The notes under the pieces were generated by a model. That model saw only the letters and a list, made by a program, of their open reading frames with translations, ran no database searches and was not told the origin of the DNA. A DNA stretch of 64,000 nucleotides from a virus (Duplodnaviria > Caudoviricetes): IMG/VR virus record IMGVR_UViG_3300013719_000006, positions 12,652 through 76,651 of that record. One strand, given 5' to 3'. Below, in pieces: positions 39,515 through 48,986 of this stretch (position 1 is its first letter; every line of letters begins with the position of its first letter). A program made the translations under genes and the position numbers.

Positions 39515-40474
39515 TTATTCTGGCTTCCACGATTCTCTTTCCTTATTCAGTCTTTCCACCAATCCTTGATTAACCACCTGACCTTTTTCATCAAGAATCA
39601 CAGGGACCTGAGCACAATAGCAATGGTATCTGTTGCCGTCGCGAGAGTAGAACTCCTCTACATCTTCTGTGGAGTATGTTCTGCCGTGCCTTGCACGGTG
39701 CCATGACCTAGTTGTGGGCTTTAGCGCCGACAACCAGAGCACTGCAGTATTCAGCCCTAACCGTTCACGCGCCCAATCCGTTTCCTGCCATTGAGCTTTA
39801 CGCAACGCTCCGACCTGCTCTGTCTGCGCCATGTTCTTCGCTCGGGCCATTGAGACGTCAAGCCGCTGACTGATGATGCGAGCAGTTTCTTTTGGATTAA
39901 TGCCGCGACCAATTGAATCGGCTATCACATTAGCCAGGTCACCACGCGCCCGGTCAGACTCAAGCAGCCAGTCGCTATACGTCGATACGTAAGCTGCTGC
40001 CACCTGATTCTGGTATGCAGCCGAACTGAGTAGCTGCTGCAATGTTGTCTGCTGCTCGTAGATTGGCGACTGCACCGACAGATTGGTGAATGCCTGATGA
40101 GTACCGCGCTCATACTCCGCAGCAACGTACTGCAACGCCCATAAGCTGTTACTGCCACCTTCAAGCAGATAGTCATCAAGGATTAACTGAACACGCTGCA
40201 GCAGATCAGCCAGTTGAGGTGCCGACATGTCGTAGATGTACGTGCCGGCATTCACCTGATAAATCACGTTGCCATGCACCGCATAGCTCTGCGTGTTGCT
40301 CGCCCTTTCCTGCCCGGTCAGGCGCTCATCGAATAGCCTCTTAAGCGCCACCTTTATCTGGTAGTAGCGATTCTCGATGTCGCGGAACATCCGGTTGACA
40401 GGTCGGGCAGATTGCGTCGGGTCAGCTTTGTTGCGTGGTATTACCGGAGTCCGGATTAGTTTCAGGGTTGTCAC
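39515..40474 (-). CDS. Minor head protein (MuF/gp7-like)
   Basis: ARAKNMAQTEQ...TTRSWHRARHG...HCYC. Confidence 0.8.
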   Translation of the reverse strand: MTTLKLIRTPVIPRNKADPTQSARPVNRMFRDIENRYYQIKVALKRLFDERLTGQERASNTQSYAVHGNVIYQVNAGTYIYDMSAPQLADLLQRVQLILDDYLLEGGSNSLWALQYVAAEYERGTHQAFTNLSVQSPIYEQQTTLQQLLSSAAYQNQVAAAYVSTYSDWLLESDRARGDLANVIADSIGRGINPKETARIISQRLDVSMARAKNMAQTEQVGALRKAQWQETDWARERLGLNTAVLWLSALKPTTRSWHRARHGRTYSTEDVEEFYSRDGNRYHCYCAQVPVILDEKGQVVNQGLVERLNKERESWKPE

Positions 40475-41861
40475 TTAACGGGTCTCCAGGTGGCGCTTCC
40501 GGTGGTAGTTCATTCTCTGGCATCGGCTCAAGCTCACCGACGGCGCGAATCTCGTTCTCGCTGACGGCTGGAGTGCCAAAGGCCGCCTGAGTATCTTTCG
40601 CCACGGTAGCCATTGCCTGCATATTGGCGATCTTCTCTTTCTCACTTGGGGCGAGCAAGTCAGACCACGCCAGCGTGACTTCACCTGACTTAGGAGCTTC
40701 AATTACACCTAGAGTCCAGAGGCGCTCCAGAAGCGTCTGCACAACAGAGCTCATGAACCCCCAGCGGCGCCCATTGCAGCGCTTAGCCCAGTCTGATTTG
40801 TCCTGATCCGATGCCAGGCGGCCGGTTTGCTGACCAAACAGAATGGTGAACGGGCATTGAATTGATGCTGCGAACTCGTTGGCGGTCACTTCCCACGTTG
40901 GCTTAGGGTCAGCTGCGGCGACCGATAGCACAGAGGTCGTTCCAGACTGCGTAACCAGCGCTGAATCAGTACCCCGGTTGAGCTTGTCCATCTTGTCATT
41001 CATCGCTTCGCCGAGATTCGAATAGCCGGCCTCCTTTGCCTGCGCTGCGATGGTAGCCATATCGGTAGCAGCATCAAAACTGATGCCCAGTTGCCGGCTT
41101 GCGTTCTTCAGGAACCCCTCAGAGCTACCCCCTGATACCTTTTCAAGGTCTAGCAGCTTGTTGTAGCCGGCGCGGAGATAAGGGACACCAGAAAGCATGT
41201 TCTCATCTTCTGATCCTTCACAGAGGATGATGACGCGATCTGGATGCACCGTTACGCCGCGCACCGGTCCGTATGTGCCATCATCACCAACGGGCTGCTC
41301 GTTGAAGTTGAAGGACACTGGCTGCCCGTAGGTTTCGGATAGTGTGTCAGTATCGAAATTGCCAGGCTTAACCTGAGACTCCCATGCAGGGATAAGCTTC
41401 ACGATTGCCTTATCAGAGAGCCTACCAACAACAACTCGATCAACGGGCTGGCTCCACTCTCTGCCATCCCTGAACTGAATCAGGATCGCCGAGTACCGCC
41501 CGATAAGATTGCGTCGGTCTGCATCCTTAATCTTCGGCCAGTGCTTTTTCAGCAACTTCGTTACTGTCTTTTCCCACGTCGTGGTTTCGGTAGACTCTCT
41601 GTTTTCTTCACCATCAATAATGGTCGGGTTATCCACCCAGCAGGAGTCGAGAAGCTTGTGTACGGCGGCATAGCCAACGGCATTACGCTCATAGGCTCGG
41701 TAGTAGCGGTCAAACTCAAGATTGTCCGGGTAACCGAATTCATCCCAGAGCTTTGTGCGCTTGGTGTTGCCGGGACGGCCGGCATACATCATTCGCTGGC
41801 GCCCTATCTCATGAGCGAGGGCGTTCACAAGGAATTGTTCCCCGTTGCTTAGTTCACTCAC
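40422..41861 (-). CDS. Portal protein (DUF1073-like)
   Basis: 479 aa after terminase; VTVHPDRVI, ILFGQQTGRLAS. Confidence 0.8.
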   Translation of the reverse strand: MSELSNGEQFLVNALAHEIGRQRMMYAGRPGNTKRTKLWDEFGYPDNLEFDRYYRAYERNAVGYAAVHKLLDSCWVDNPTIIDGEENRESTETTTWEKTVTKLLKKHWPKIKDADRRNLIGRYSAILIQFRDGREWSQPVDRVVVGRLSDKAIVKLIPAWESQVKPGNFDTDTLSETYGQPVSFNFNEQPVGDDGTYGPVRGVTVHPDRVIILCEGSEDENMLSGVPYLRAGYNKLLDLEKVSGGSSEGFLKNASRQLGISFDAATDMATIAAQAKEAGYSNLGEAMNDKMDKLNRGTDSALVTQSGTTSVLSVAAADPKPTWEVTANEFAASIQCPFTILFGQQTGRLASDQDKSDWAKRCNGRRWGFMSSVVQTLLERLWTLGVIEAPKSGEVTLAWSDLLAPSEKEKIANMQAMATVAKDTQAAFGTPAVSENEIRAVGELEPMPENELPPEAPPGDPLSDNPETNPDSGNTTQQS

Positions 41862-41872
41862 TGATGAGCTCC

Positions 41873-43345
41873 TTAGAAGAATATTGCGCCGGTCTGTTTG
41901 TGATTCGTTTTCGCCACTGCGAAGTAGCGGAACGCATCAGCGCCGTGCGATGTGAAGTCGTGCAAAGGCTTGTCTTTCCAGCAGCCGCGTTTGTCGTCCC
42001 ACTCCTTGCGGTAACCCTCAAGATGAGAGATGCCCTGCTCGCATTTGGATGCGTCAAAGGCGCACTTAGGAAGGATTTCGCGCACAGAGTCGATGCCGGT
42101 ATCAACACCAAGCTTTGGTGCGACCTTGAAGCGGATTGAATAAACCTGACCGTCGATTTCAAAGCCTTCTGCAGCTATCTGCTTTCGGCTCTTTCCATCA
42201 CCGGCAAACTCACGGTTATCGATATCGTGCGGTGCCCAGTGATCGCCATACTCATAGCCGCGGTCTTTCAGCACCTTCATGTAGTGCCGGAGTCCTTCTC
42301 CGCTGTTCTCGTAGTAGTCGATGACATGGAACTCATCACCAATCTCACGCACAAACCAGATGGCCGTGGAGTCGCCTACCCCGATATCCCAGAAGGTGTG
42401 AACCAGCTGGTGAGAGTTATCAGGCAGCTCACCAACACGCTTATTCGTGTATAGCCAGCGGAACTGCTTCGCGTAATAAGCCCCCTCAACTGACTGCTCG
42501 AATGCTTCAGCCGGAATTGATGGGTACTCACGCTTCATGTCATCGCCGAGAGTCTTCTCTTTGGCGTAATACCAGGCTTTCTGGCGATCATTGAGAATGA
42601 CGCCATGCTTCTGCTCGATATCGTCAAAGTAATCGTCGAGGCGTTGCGGTAGAGGCTCTACGGGGTCAATTGCATACAGTGGATTCTTCCACCAGGAGAA
42701 GAAGAAAAACTTCCAGTCGAGATTGGAAAGCGTCTTACCCTGCAACTGGGCTTTCTCAGCAGTCTGGCAATAATCAAAGAAGTAACTGGCCCGCCCTTCT
42801 GCCGTACTCTCAATGGTAGTGAAGCAATCGCTGGATACCGCTTCAAATGCACCAGTAACAATCTCACGGGCTTTGTCGGGGAACTTGGCGCATATCTTTC
42901 CGAACTCGGAAACGTGCAGGAAACGCAGCGTACCACCACGGAATGATGTGCTGACGTAGAGTGACCCGCCCTTTTTGAATACCAGCTCTCCCGCCGAATC
43001 ATTGCTCGCCGGATTGGCCGCCCTGATTTCTGCTGGAAGGCGGTCGTAGGCGTATTTCACCTTTTCGCGGAAGAGCCGCTTTGCATCGTTCAGGGTGTGG
43101 GCGATCAGGGCGCACTTAGCAGCTTCGAACAGTGCCGCATCCAACTGGATAATGCAGACTTCTGTGGTGAAGCCAAGCTGACGTGCTTTAAGGATGATGT
43201 TGCGAGTGTGCATGCCCTCGAAATACTCGAGCTGCTCTGGTGTCATCCGGAATCGCTGAGGCTTACCCTCTTTGTCGGTTATCCAGTACAGATTATTCAG
43301 CCGCCAGTCCTTATCGGATAGCAGCTTGATGTACTCAGGTTTCAT
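41873..43345 (-). CDS. Terminase large subunit
   Basis: ILKARQLGFTT Walker A; WDIG and HGADAFRY nuclease motifs. Confidence 0.93.
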   Translation of the reverse strand: MKPEYIKLLSDKDWRLNNLYWITDKEGKPQRFRMTPEQLEYFEGMHTRNIILKARQLGFTTEVCIIQLDAALFEAAKCALIAHTLNDAKRLFREKVKYAYDRLPAEIRAANPASNDSAGELVFKKGGSLYVSTSFRGGTLRFLHVSEFGKICAKFPDKAREIVTGAFEAVSSDCFTTIESTAEGRASYFFDYCQTAEKAQLQGKTLSNLDWKFFFFSWWKNPLYAIDPVEPLPQRLDDYFDDIEQKHGVILNDRQKAWYYAKEKTLGDDMKREYPSIPAEAFEQSVEGAYYAKQFRWLYTNKRVGELPDNSHQLVHTFWDIGVGDSTAIWFVREIGDEFHVIDYYENSGEGLRHYMKVLKDRGYEYGDHWAPHDIDNREFAGDGKSRKQIAAEGFEIDGQVYSIRFKVAPKLGVDTGIDSVREILPKCAFDASKCEQGISHLEGYRKEWDDKRGCWKDKPLHDFTSHGADAFRYFAVAKTNHKQTGAIFF

Positions 43346-43860
43346 TAAGCCCCCTGAGACAATGAATCCATCAGGTTAGACAGGTCATCGACCGTCTTAT
43401 TGCCTTCCTCGCTATCGAGGTTGTAGGCCTTACGCTCGGCGTTGATCACCTTAATCTGAGCATCGACACCGGCAGTGATTGAGCGTGACATTGAGGCGTG
43501 ATTGTCTTCGGTGATTTCAGCATCCTCGAGGAAGTCGCGGAGCTTGTTGGTAATGCCACGCCATGCTGCTAACCCCTCACGGTGAGCCATCACTACAGCG
43601 GCAGCTTCGTCTGATGCCTGGTCAACAATCTGCGCATCAGTAACCACTGGTGACTGGTTACCGCCGCTGGTTACCGATTTGGTTACCTTGGCTTTAACGG
43701 CCGATCTGACTTGCTCTGTAAGGTCACGTTGCCAGCCTTCTTTGTTTGCTCTTTTGAGGATGGTGGCATGGTTAACGCCATGCTTTTCACCAATCGCCCT
43801 TACTGACATCAAGCCAGCCCGGTAAGCCGACTCGATGGCCTCCCAATCTGGTGATGCCAT
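43345..43860 (-). CDS. Terminase small subunit
   Basis: PDWEAIESAYRAG...ILKRANKEGW.R HTH. Confidence 0.85.
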   Translation of the reverse strand: MASPDWEAIESAYRAGLMSVRAIGEKHGVNHATILKRANKEGWQRDLTEQVRSAVKAKVTKSVTSGGNQSPVVTDAQIVDQASDEAAAVVMAHREGLAAWRGITNKLRDFLEDAEITEDNHASMSRSITAGVDAQIKVINAERKAYNLDSEEGNKTVDDLSNLMDSLSQGA

Positions 43861-43868
43861 AATTATTC

Positions 43869-44072
43869 CTATTTGATTGTGTCAGGCTCGTGCGGCACGT
43901 ATTCCATCTTGAGCACGTCATCCGGTGCCAGGTAAACCCATGAGCCATCTTCCCTTGCAACACCAATGAAGCCATTAACCATCTCAGGCTGTGATCGGTT
44001 CATCAGGCCTTCGTGAGTTTCGCCTGACTTCGTGGTAACGGTGATGCGGTAGGTGTCAGCCATGCAGCTCAA
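43869..44072 (-). CDS. Hypothetical protein
   Basis: 67 aa. Confidence 0.5.
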   Translation of the reverse strand: MSCMADTYRITVTTKSGETHEGLMNRSQPEMVNGFIGVAREDGSWVYLAPDDVLKMEYVPHEPDTIK

Positions 44073-44211
44073 CCTCCTGGCCTTCCTTTACGATTTCTTT
44101 CTTGAAGCAGATGTCCGTTAACCATTTTGAGTCGGTCAGTGCAGCAATAATCAGGACTGGCTTCATGTAAGGACGGAACGTCATTTTCATACTTAATGTG
44201 CAAGTTGCCAT
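44056..44211 (-). CDS. Small hypothetical protein (51 aa)
   Basis: MATCTLSMKMTFRPYMKP...; GAGG RBS. Confidence 0.4.
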   Translation of the reverse strand: MATCTLSMKMTFRPYMKPVLIIAALTDSKWLTDICFKKEIVKEGQEVELHG

Positions 44212-44286
44212 ATCGCCTCTTCATTCTATGAGCCAGCTTCGCAACGCTTCACAGCGTGGCTAACCGTTATCCCTTGTCGGAGAGAT

Positions 44287-44511
44287 TCAACATGTGATGA
44301 CTGATGGAGATTTCATCAAGCGAGGATCTGATGTGGTAAGTAACCATTCCTTGGGCACGCCATAACTAATCTTTTGTCCTGGCTCTCCGGTAACTTTCAC
44401 GAAGCAGGTTTGAAGGTGTTTTTTAATCATCTCCCACTGCTCTGCGCTTGGTGGTGCGCCATGGATTTCACAGAATCCCTGAAGCCAATATGCAAATTGC
44501 TCGGTAGTCAT
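44287..44511 (-). CDS. Hypothetical protein flanked by direct repeats
   Basis: MTTEQFAYWLQGFCE; GTTATCCCTTGT at 44266 and 44513. Confidence 0.6.
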   Translation of the reverse strand: MTTEQFAYWLQGFCEIHGAPPSAEQWEMIKKHLQTCFVKVTGEPGQKISYGVPKEWLLTTSDPRLMKSPSVITC

Positions 44512-44641
44512 GGTTATCCCTTGTTAGTGGATTCATCATCAGGCGCACTCGTAAATGCGCCTTGTGATGGTCACTTTGGTAGGCCGGGGATAGTTATCTG
44601 TCCATGCTGGTCGATTCGCTCTCTGAGGGTGAAAGGCATAC

Positions 44642-45139
44642 TCATGCTGCATGTGGTTTAGCGTAGAACTCACCATGAGCGAGCTGGCAATGGCTTTCTC
44701 TGGCTCGGATAGCATCATCCTTCTCAGCGTAAGTGCCGAGGCAAATTTGTTTGCCGTTGGACTTAGTGAATGCTTTCCACTTCTTCTCTCGCTTGTTCCA
44801 GATAACACCCGGCACTCCCGACTTGTTATTTGCCTGAGTCTTTCGATTCATTGCGTTCTGGGAGGCGTTGCACTGGCGAAGATTTGATGCTCGATTGTCG
44901 CTCCTTATGCGATTTTTGTGGTCCACCATATCAGGCATGAACCCATGCATATAAAGCCAAGCCAGTCGATGAGCGCGATAATCATGACCGTCGATGGTTA
45001 TACGCCAGTAGCCTTGCTCATCTTTCCATCCGGCCAAGTCGCCAGGCTGTATTGCATTTGTCTTTTCTGACTGCCAGTGAAATAAGCCCGTTTCAGGGGA
45101 GTAACTCAAAAGGCTTTTCAATTTACCTTGCGTCAGCAT
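44642..45139 (-). CDS. HNH endonuclease with AP2 domain
   Basis: YRAHRLAWLY...VDHKNRIRSDNRASNLR; NNKSGVPGV. Confidence 0.88.
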   Translation of the reverse strand: MLTQGKLKSLLSYSPETGLFHWQSEKTNAIQPGDLAGWKDEQGYWRITIDGHDYRAHRLAWLYMHGFMPDMVDHKNRIRSDNRASNLRQCNASQNAMNRKTQANNKSGVPGVIWNKREKKWKAFTKSNGKQICLGTYAEKDDAIRARESHCQLAHGEFYAKPHAA

Positions 45140-45147
45140 CACGCCTC

Positions 45148-45600
45148 CTATTTCAGGCAAATTCTGTTGATGTAATCTTGCAGGTAGGTCACTTGGTTGG
45201 TGATGGTTGAGATTCCACTTCTGAGACGCCAATAATTCCGTTCAGCATCTGCTGTAAGTCTTGCGGTGGAATCATCGCCCACGCCGCTGGTGCCGGAGGA
45301 GGATTGTTTCTGGCAGGTGGCGTTGAGCTGCAGCCGACGCTTGCCAGTAGTAACATCATCATGCAGCTGATCGATAGTCGCTTTAGCATCAGCTAGCTCC
45401 TTAGTGTATTTCGCATCCAGAGCAGCGACACTTTGCTGTCGGCGCTGCATATCGGTGATGGTTTCCTGACGCTCAGTTGCCAGGCTGTCCGCAGAAACAA
45501 ACTTGCCGTGATAGTAGCTGGCTGTTTTAGCCATACCAGCACAGAGCAGAATTAATGCCGCTGTTGCGAGCACCTTCCAGTTATCAGCCAGCCATTTCAT
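45148..45600 (-). CDS. Rz: i-spanin Rz
   Basis: N-terminal TMD, coiled coil, AERNYWRLR. Confidence 0.88.
   Translation of the reverse strand: MKWLADNWKVLATAALILLCAGMAKTASYYHGKFVSADSLATERQETITDMQRRQQSVAALDAKYTKELADAKATIDQLHDDVTTGKRRLQLNATCQKQSSSGTSGVGDDSTARLTADAERNYWRLRSGISTITNQVTYLQDYINRICLK
45189..45389 (-). CDS. Rz1: Embedded o-spanin Rz1 lipoprotein
   Basis: Lipobox ASVGC then Pro-rich segment, nested in another frame of Rz. Confidence 0.8.
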   Translation of the reverse strand: MLKRLSISCMMMLLLASVGCSSTPPARNNPPPAPAAWAMIPPQDLQQMLNGIIGVSEVESQPSPTK

Positions 45601-46001
45601 TACTCACCTACCGGCGCAGCCTGAATTATCACCGTCCCGCCATCCTTGTTAGCTTTATCAACAGCACTAGGATCGATTGCTATTGAGCACTGCTTGCTGG
45701 AGCGGAGGAACTCGTTTTCTTTCTGCAATGAGTTAGCTCGGGTCTCGGCGGTAGAGCGCCTGCGGCTTTCTTCATCGAGCGTTGTTGCCAGGCTATCGAG
45801 TCGCTTCGTAATCGGCCCTAAGCCCTCAGCAAACTTCATATTCCGCTCATTCGCCAGAATGAATTGCTCACGCAGACGGTTGTTGCTCTCTGTGAGGTTG
45901 GCATTGTCATACCAGAGCTTGCCAACGAAACCGATGATGATTACCGAGAAGATGACGGGGATGAACCGGCGATATCTCGCCATTCTCGCTTTACCTGTCA
46001 T
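45600..46001 (-). CDS. Additional Rz-like bitopic coiled-coil protein
   Basis: TMD FIPVIFSVIIIGFVGKLW then coiled coil; between endolysin and Rz. Confidence 0.6.
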   Translation of the reverse strand: MTGKARMARYRRFIPVIFSVIIIGFVGKLWYDNANLTESNNRLREQFILANERNMKFAEGLGPITKRLDSLATTLDEESRRRSTAETRANSLQKENEFLRSSKQCSIAIDPSAVDKANKDGGTVIIQAAPVGE

Positions 46002-46627
46002 AGGAGCACCTGCTCTGCAATCCGTGTGCGCGCAATGCGATCTGCCAGGCCGTTTGTGCCGCCATTAATACGGCGGGTAAGCCCGGTCACGTCAGATGCA
46101 TCGGCGAAGCGGTTGCAGTCGTTAGCCTGCCAGAACCAGCCAGCCGAGCGGGCGGCATTGACGTCTTCCAGCAGTAAATCGGGATTAGCCAGAAGCGGCA
46201 GGTTTAATGCTTTACCGCAGGCTGCGTAGTTATCGCGGAAGGTAACCTGTTTCAGCCCTCTCCCACGATATTTCCAGCCATCTCCATTCAGGTTGTTACC
46301 ATATCGGCCGCCGTAAACGATATTGGCAATGGCAGCCTGCCGCTCCTGCGATAAGGCTGGCTCACCTGACTTGCGGCCGAGCTGCTCACGCTGTGCAGCA
46401 GTAAGACGGGATGCGAAGATTGCCAGTCCGGCAACTGAGTAGTTCAGGCTTTCCCTGATTACAGTGAACCCGCCTGACTCCGTACCAACCTGTGCAATGA
46501 AGTAAGCCTGGCGCTTTGATGTATCAATGCCGAACTCTTTCATTGAAGCCAGAACGTGTGGATACCACCGGCTGGCGAGCGCATCAGAAATAGATGCAGC
46601 CTTTTTAAACTGGTCTCTGGTCATCAT
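45998..46627 (-). CDS. Endolysin, glycoside hydrolase family 19
   Basis: FIAQVGTESGGF...RESLNY; YRGRGLKQVT; TRRINGG. Confidence 0.9.
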   Translation of the reverse strand: MMTRDQFKKAASISDALASRWYPHVLASMKEFGIDTSKRQAYFIAQVGTESGGFTVIRESLNYSVAGLAIFASRLTAAQREQLGRKSGEPALSQERQAAIANIVYGGRYGNNLNGDGWKYRGRGLKQVTFRDNYAACGKALNLPLLANPDLLLEDVNAARSAGWFWQANDCNRFADASDVTGLTRRINGGTNGLADRIARTRIAEQVLL

Positions 46628-46947
46628 TCAGCAACTCCCGAATCTCCTGAAGCTTTCTGCAGGAAACGCTTTTCAAGGGTTTTAATCAGAGATGAGCCGG
46701 ACCAGCCAGCCATACCACAGATTGCGCCGGTGACTTCCTGCGGCCACTGCCAGTAAATGGCGAGCAGCATCATGAGGAAACCGGCAAACACGGAGACGAT
46801 CATCTGAAGACACAGGGTGCGCCAACTGAAGGCGTCCCCGCTTAATACCTTGTAGGCGTATGCCGCTATCGAACCGAGGACTGTCATCCCCAGGGCGATC
46901 ATGGCGGCGAATAAGCCCGGATCTGATTTATATGGCATGCGACGCAT
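46624..46947 (-). CDS. Holin with dual-start motif
   Basis: Three hydrophobic segments; M-R-R-M starts at 46947 and 46938. Confidence 0.8.
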   Translation of the reverse strand: MRRMPYKSDPGLFAAMIALGMTVLGSIAAYAYKVLSGDAFSWRTLCLQMIVSVFAGFLMMLLAIYWQWPQEVTGAICGMAGWSGSSLIKTLEKRFLQKASGDSGVAE

Positions 46948-47633
46948 TCCTACCCCCTGATACGGGGACTTATCCTGTTTAGGAATTGATGACATTGTGA
47001 ACAGAACAAGCCCGGTTAAACTTCCCACTGTCACCTGAGAAACGTTCCCGAGCTTTCCCGCCGTCTAATGCCCGACGCAGCCTTAGTTGATCACAATGAG
47101 AATCCCGCGTTTGCGGATATCCACCGTAGAAAAAAGCGCCCGCGTAAAAGACACAGGATGAAGTGTGAGGAAATCCATTGGGCGCTGAAATGAAAAAAGG
47201 CCGCCCTAATGGCGACCCCTTGAAATAGTTTAGTAATGTTACTTACCCGCTATAGGGTATGCGGTGATGTTTATCCCCGGGAGGGTATGAGCCGATTATG
47301 TAAGGTTATTCGGCTCAGATATTGTGGTGGGCCGGTGCTTATCTCCGACTCCATTTCAAGGAAGCCAGTATTCACCACAACGAAAAGCGCAATCCCCTAT
47401 ATCCCATGCCTTCCGGGGAAATATCACCCGCTGGCTCCGGCGTCATGGATTGCGCTTATCTGTTGTGCAGAATTAAAAACGCCCTCGCAGTTGGTGAGAC
47501 CGCAGGGCGCTTTGACTATCACAAATCGATGGAACTGACTTAATTCTGTTGCTCAACGACTTCTGTCCCGAGCATAACAGAAATGTACCAGGTCCACGTC
47601 TCGTTATCAAATAGATTTTACGACTTTTTGCAT

Positions 47634-48248
47634 TTAAGCAGCATTTTTGTGATTTATCCCATTCAGTTCCTGCTTTATAGCGTGATATAGGGATGCTTCC
47701 AGTAACTCACGGCACCACCTAATTCGCTTTCGGCTGGTCTCAATATGGATTCCGGTCAGACGGGACAGCTCAAAGGCAATATCTTGCGCGCATTTGCGTT
47801 CGCAGTAGTATTTAATTGCCACATGTCGGATCGGATTGTTTGGTGCAAAGATACGGCAGATAACAGATTCAACTAAGTCGGCGTCTTCCTGTTCGTTGGC
47901 GCGGTCGAGAAGATTGCTGACTGAATTCTGTGGGTTGATGATTTGCTTTGCCTTGATGAATAACTCATCGCCGCGGTATCCCTGCTTATGGAGGTTTTCG
48001 ACGACTTCCATAATTCGCTCTGACTCCCGGTCATTCCATTCTTTGCGGATCATAAGCCGGCCGATAACACTCACCTTCCCGCCGTCAGGCCCCACATAGC
48101 CGCCATACTTCTCGCCCCACATATCGAGCAGGCACCTTACCCAGGCTGATTGAAGCGGAGTGATAAGCTTTACCGGCTTAAGGTATTGCTTCTTCAGGTC
48201 TGATTTACGCATTACCAGCGCAAGTTGAGCTAAGGTGTCAGACTGCAT
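47634..48248 (-). CDS. Q: Late antiterminator Q
   Basis: After ninG/ylcG and before lysis genes; C-terminal HTH. Confidence 0.7.
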   Translation of the reverse strand: MQSDTLAQLALVMRKSDLKKQYLKPVKLITPLQSAWVRCLLDMWGEKYGGYVGPDGGKVSVIGRLMIRKEWNDRESERIMEVVENLHKQGYRGDELFIKAKQIINPQNSVSNLLDRANEQEDADLVESVICRIFAPNNPIRHVAIKYYCERKCAQDIAFELSRLTGIHIETSRKRIRWCRELLEASLYHAIKQELNGINHKNAA

Positions 48249-48363
48249 GCTTCACCCCCATCATCTTCGCCATATTCCTGAGTATCCGGTAATCAACTGC
48301 AAAGCCGCCGCGCCTTTTGTAGATGCGGAGTTTCTGCCACTTCTCTCTGAGGTATTCGGTCAT
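48238..48363 (-). CDS. YlcG-family protein (41 aa)
   Basis: MTEYLREKWQKLRIYKRRGGFAVDYRILRNMAKMMGVKHAV; not in the ORF track. Confidence 0.7.
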   Translation of the reverse strand: MTEYLREKWQKLRIYKRRGGFAVDYRILRNMAKMMGVKHAV

Positions 48364-48986
48364 GCTGCATACTCCATCTGACGTTTACGCAATTTCTCGT
48401 AATGGCGTGCCCGGCGCGTGAATATGGATTTCACTCGCTTCAGGTACTCGATATCAAATTTGCGAACGGTGTTGTCATGCTCGATGCGCTCGACCCTGTG
48501 CAGGCCAAACTTCTCGATGAGGTTTATTCGGTAGGGGATCAGGTTTCCTGACAGGTCACGATTGCAGTGAACGCATCCAGCGTTATTGTTGAAGACATTG
48601 AAGCGGAGCCATGGTGCCGCGCCTCGCGATCGGTAGTGACTGGCGTCTACTGCCCCGCCGCGTACTCCGTAGTTGAGTGGCTTACCGCAGGCTATGCATG
48701 GGTCGCCATAGTCGCGCCAGAAGATGAACTTATTAACCGCTGCCTGAGCCTCTCTGTTCCACTCCGATTTACCCTTGAGCCTTTCCCTTCGTTGCCTCAA
48801 GTCATCGCGCTGCAGGCGTTCCTGCTTACGAATTTCACGCGCAGCATTACGCTCATCAACCTGTCGGTTGAATTCCATGGCGCATTTGTAGTTGTGGCAG
48901 ACTTTCTGGAGAGAACTTCGGGGAATGTATTCGGTAGTGCAGATGGGGCATTTCTTCGGCTTCGGCTGTGCGCCTTTAGCCATCAC
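48360..48986 (-). CDS. ninG: NinG/Rap endonuclease
   Basis: CPIC..CHNYKC; RD.GDPCIACG; DASHYRSRGA; CVHCN. Confidence 0.9.
   Translation of the reverse strand: MMAKGAQPKPKKCPICTTEYIPRSSLQKVCHNYKCAMEFNRQVDERNAAREIRKQERLQRDDLRQRRERLKGKSEWNREAQAAVNKFIFWRDYGDPCIACGKPLNYGVRGGAVDASHYRSRGAAPWLRFNVFNNNAGCVHCNRDLSGNLIPYRINLIEKFGLHRVERIEHDNTVRKFDIEYLKRVKSIFTRRARHYEKLRKRQMEYAA

Noticed and set aside
47100-47620. Possible phage tRNA genes after Q
   Set aside because: No cloverleaf with a GTTC T-loop or canonical D-arm found; only hairpins.
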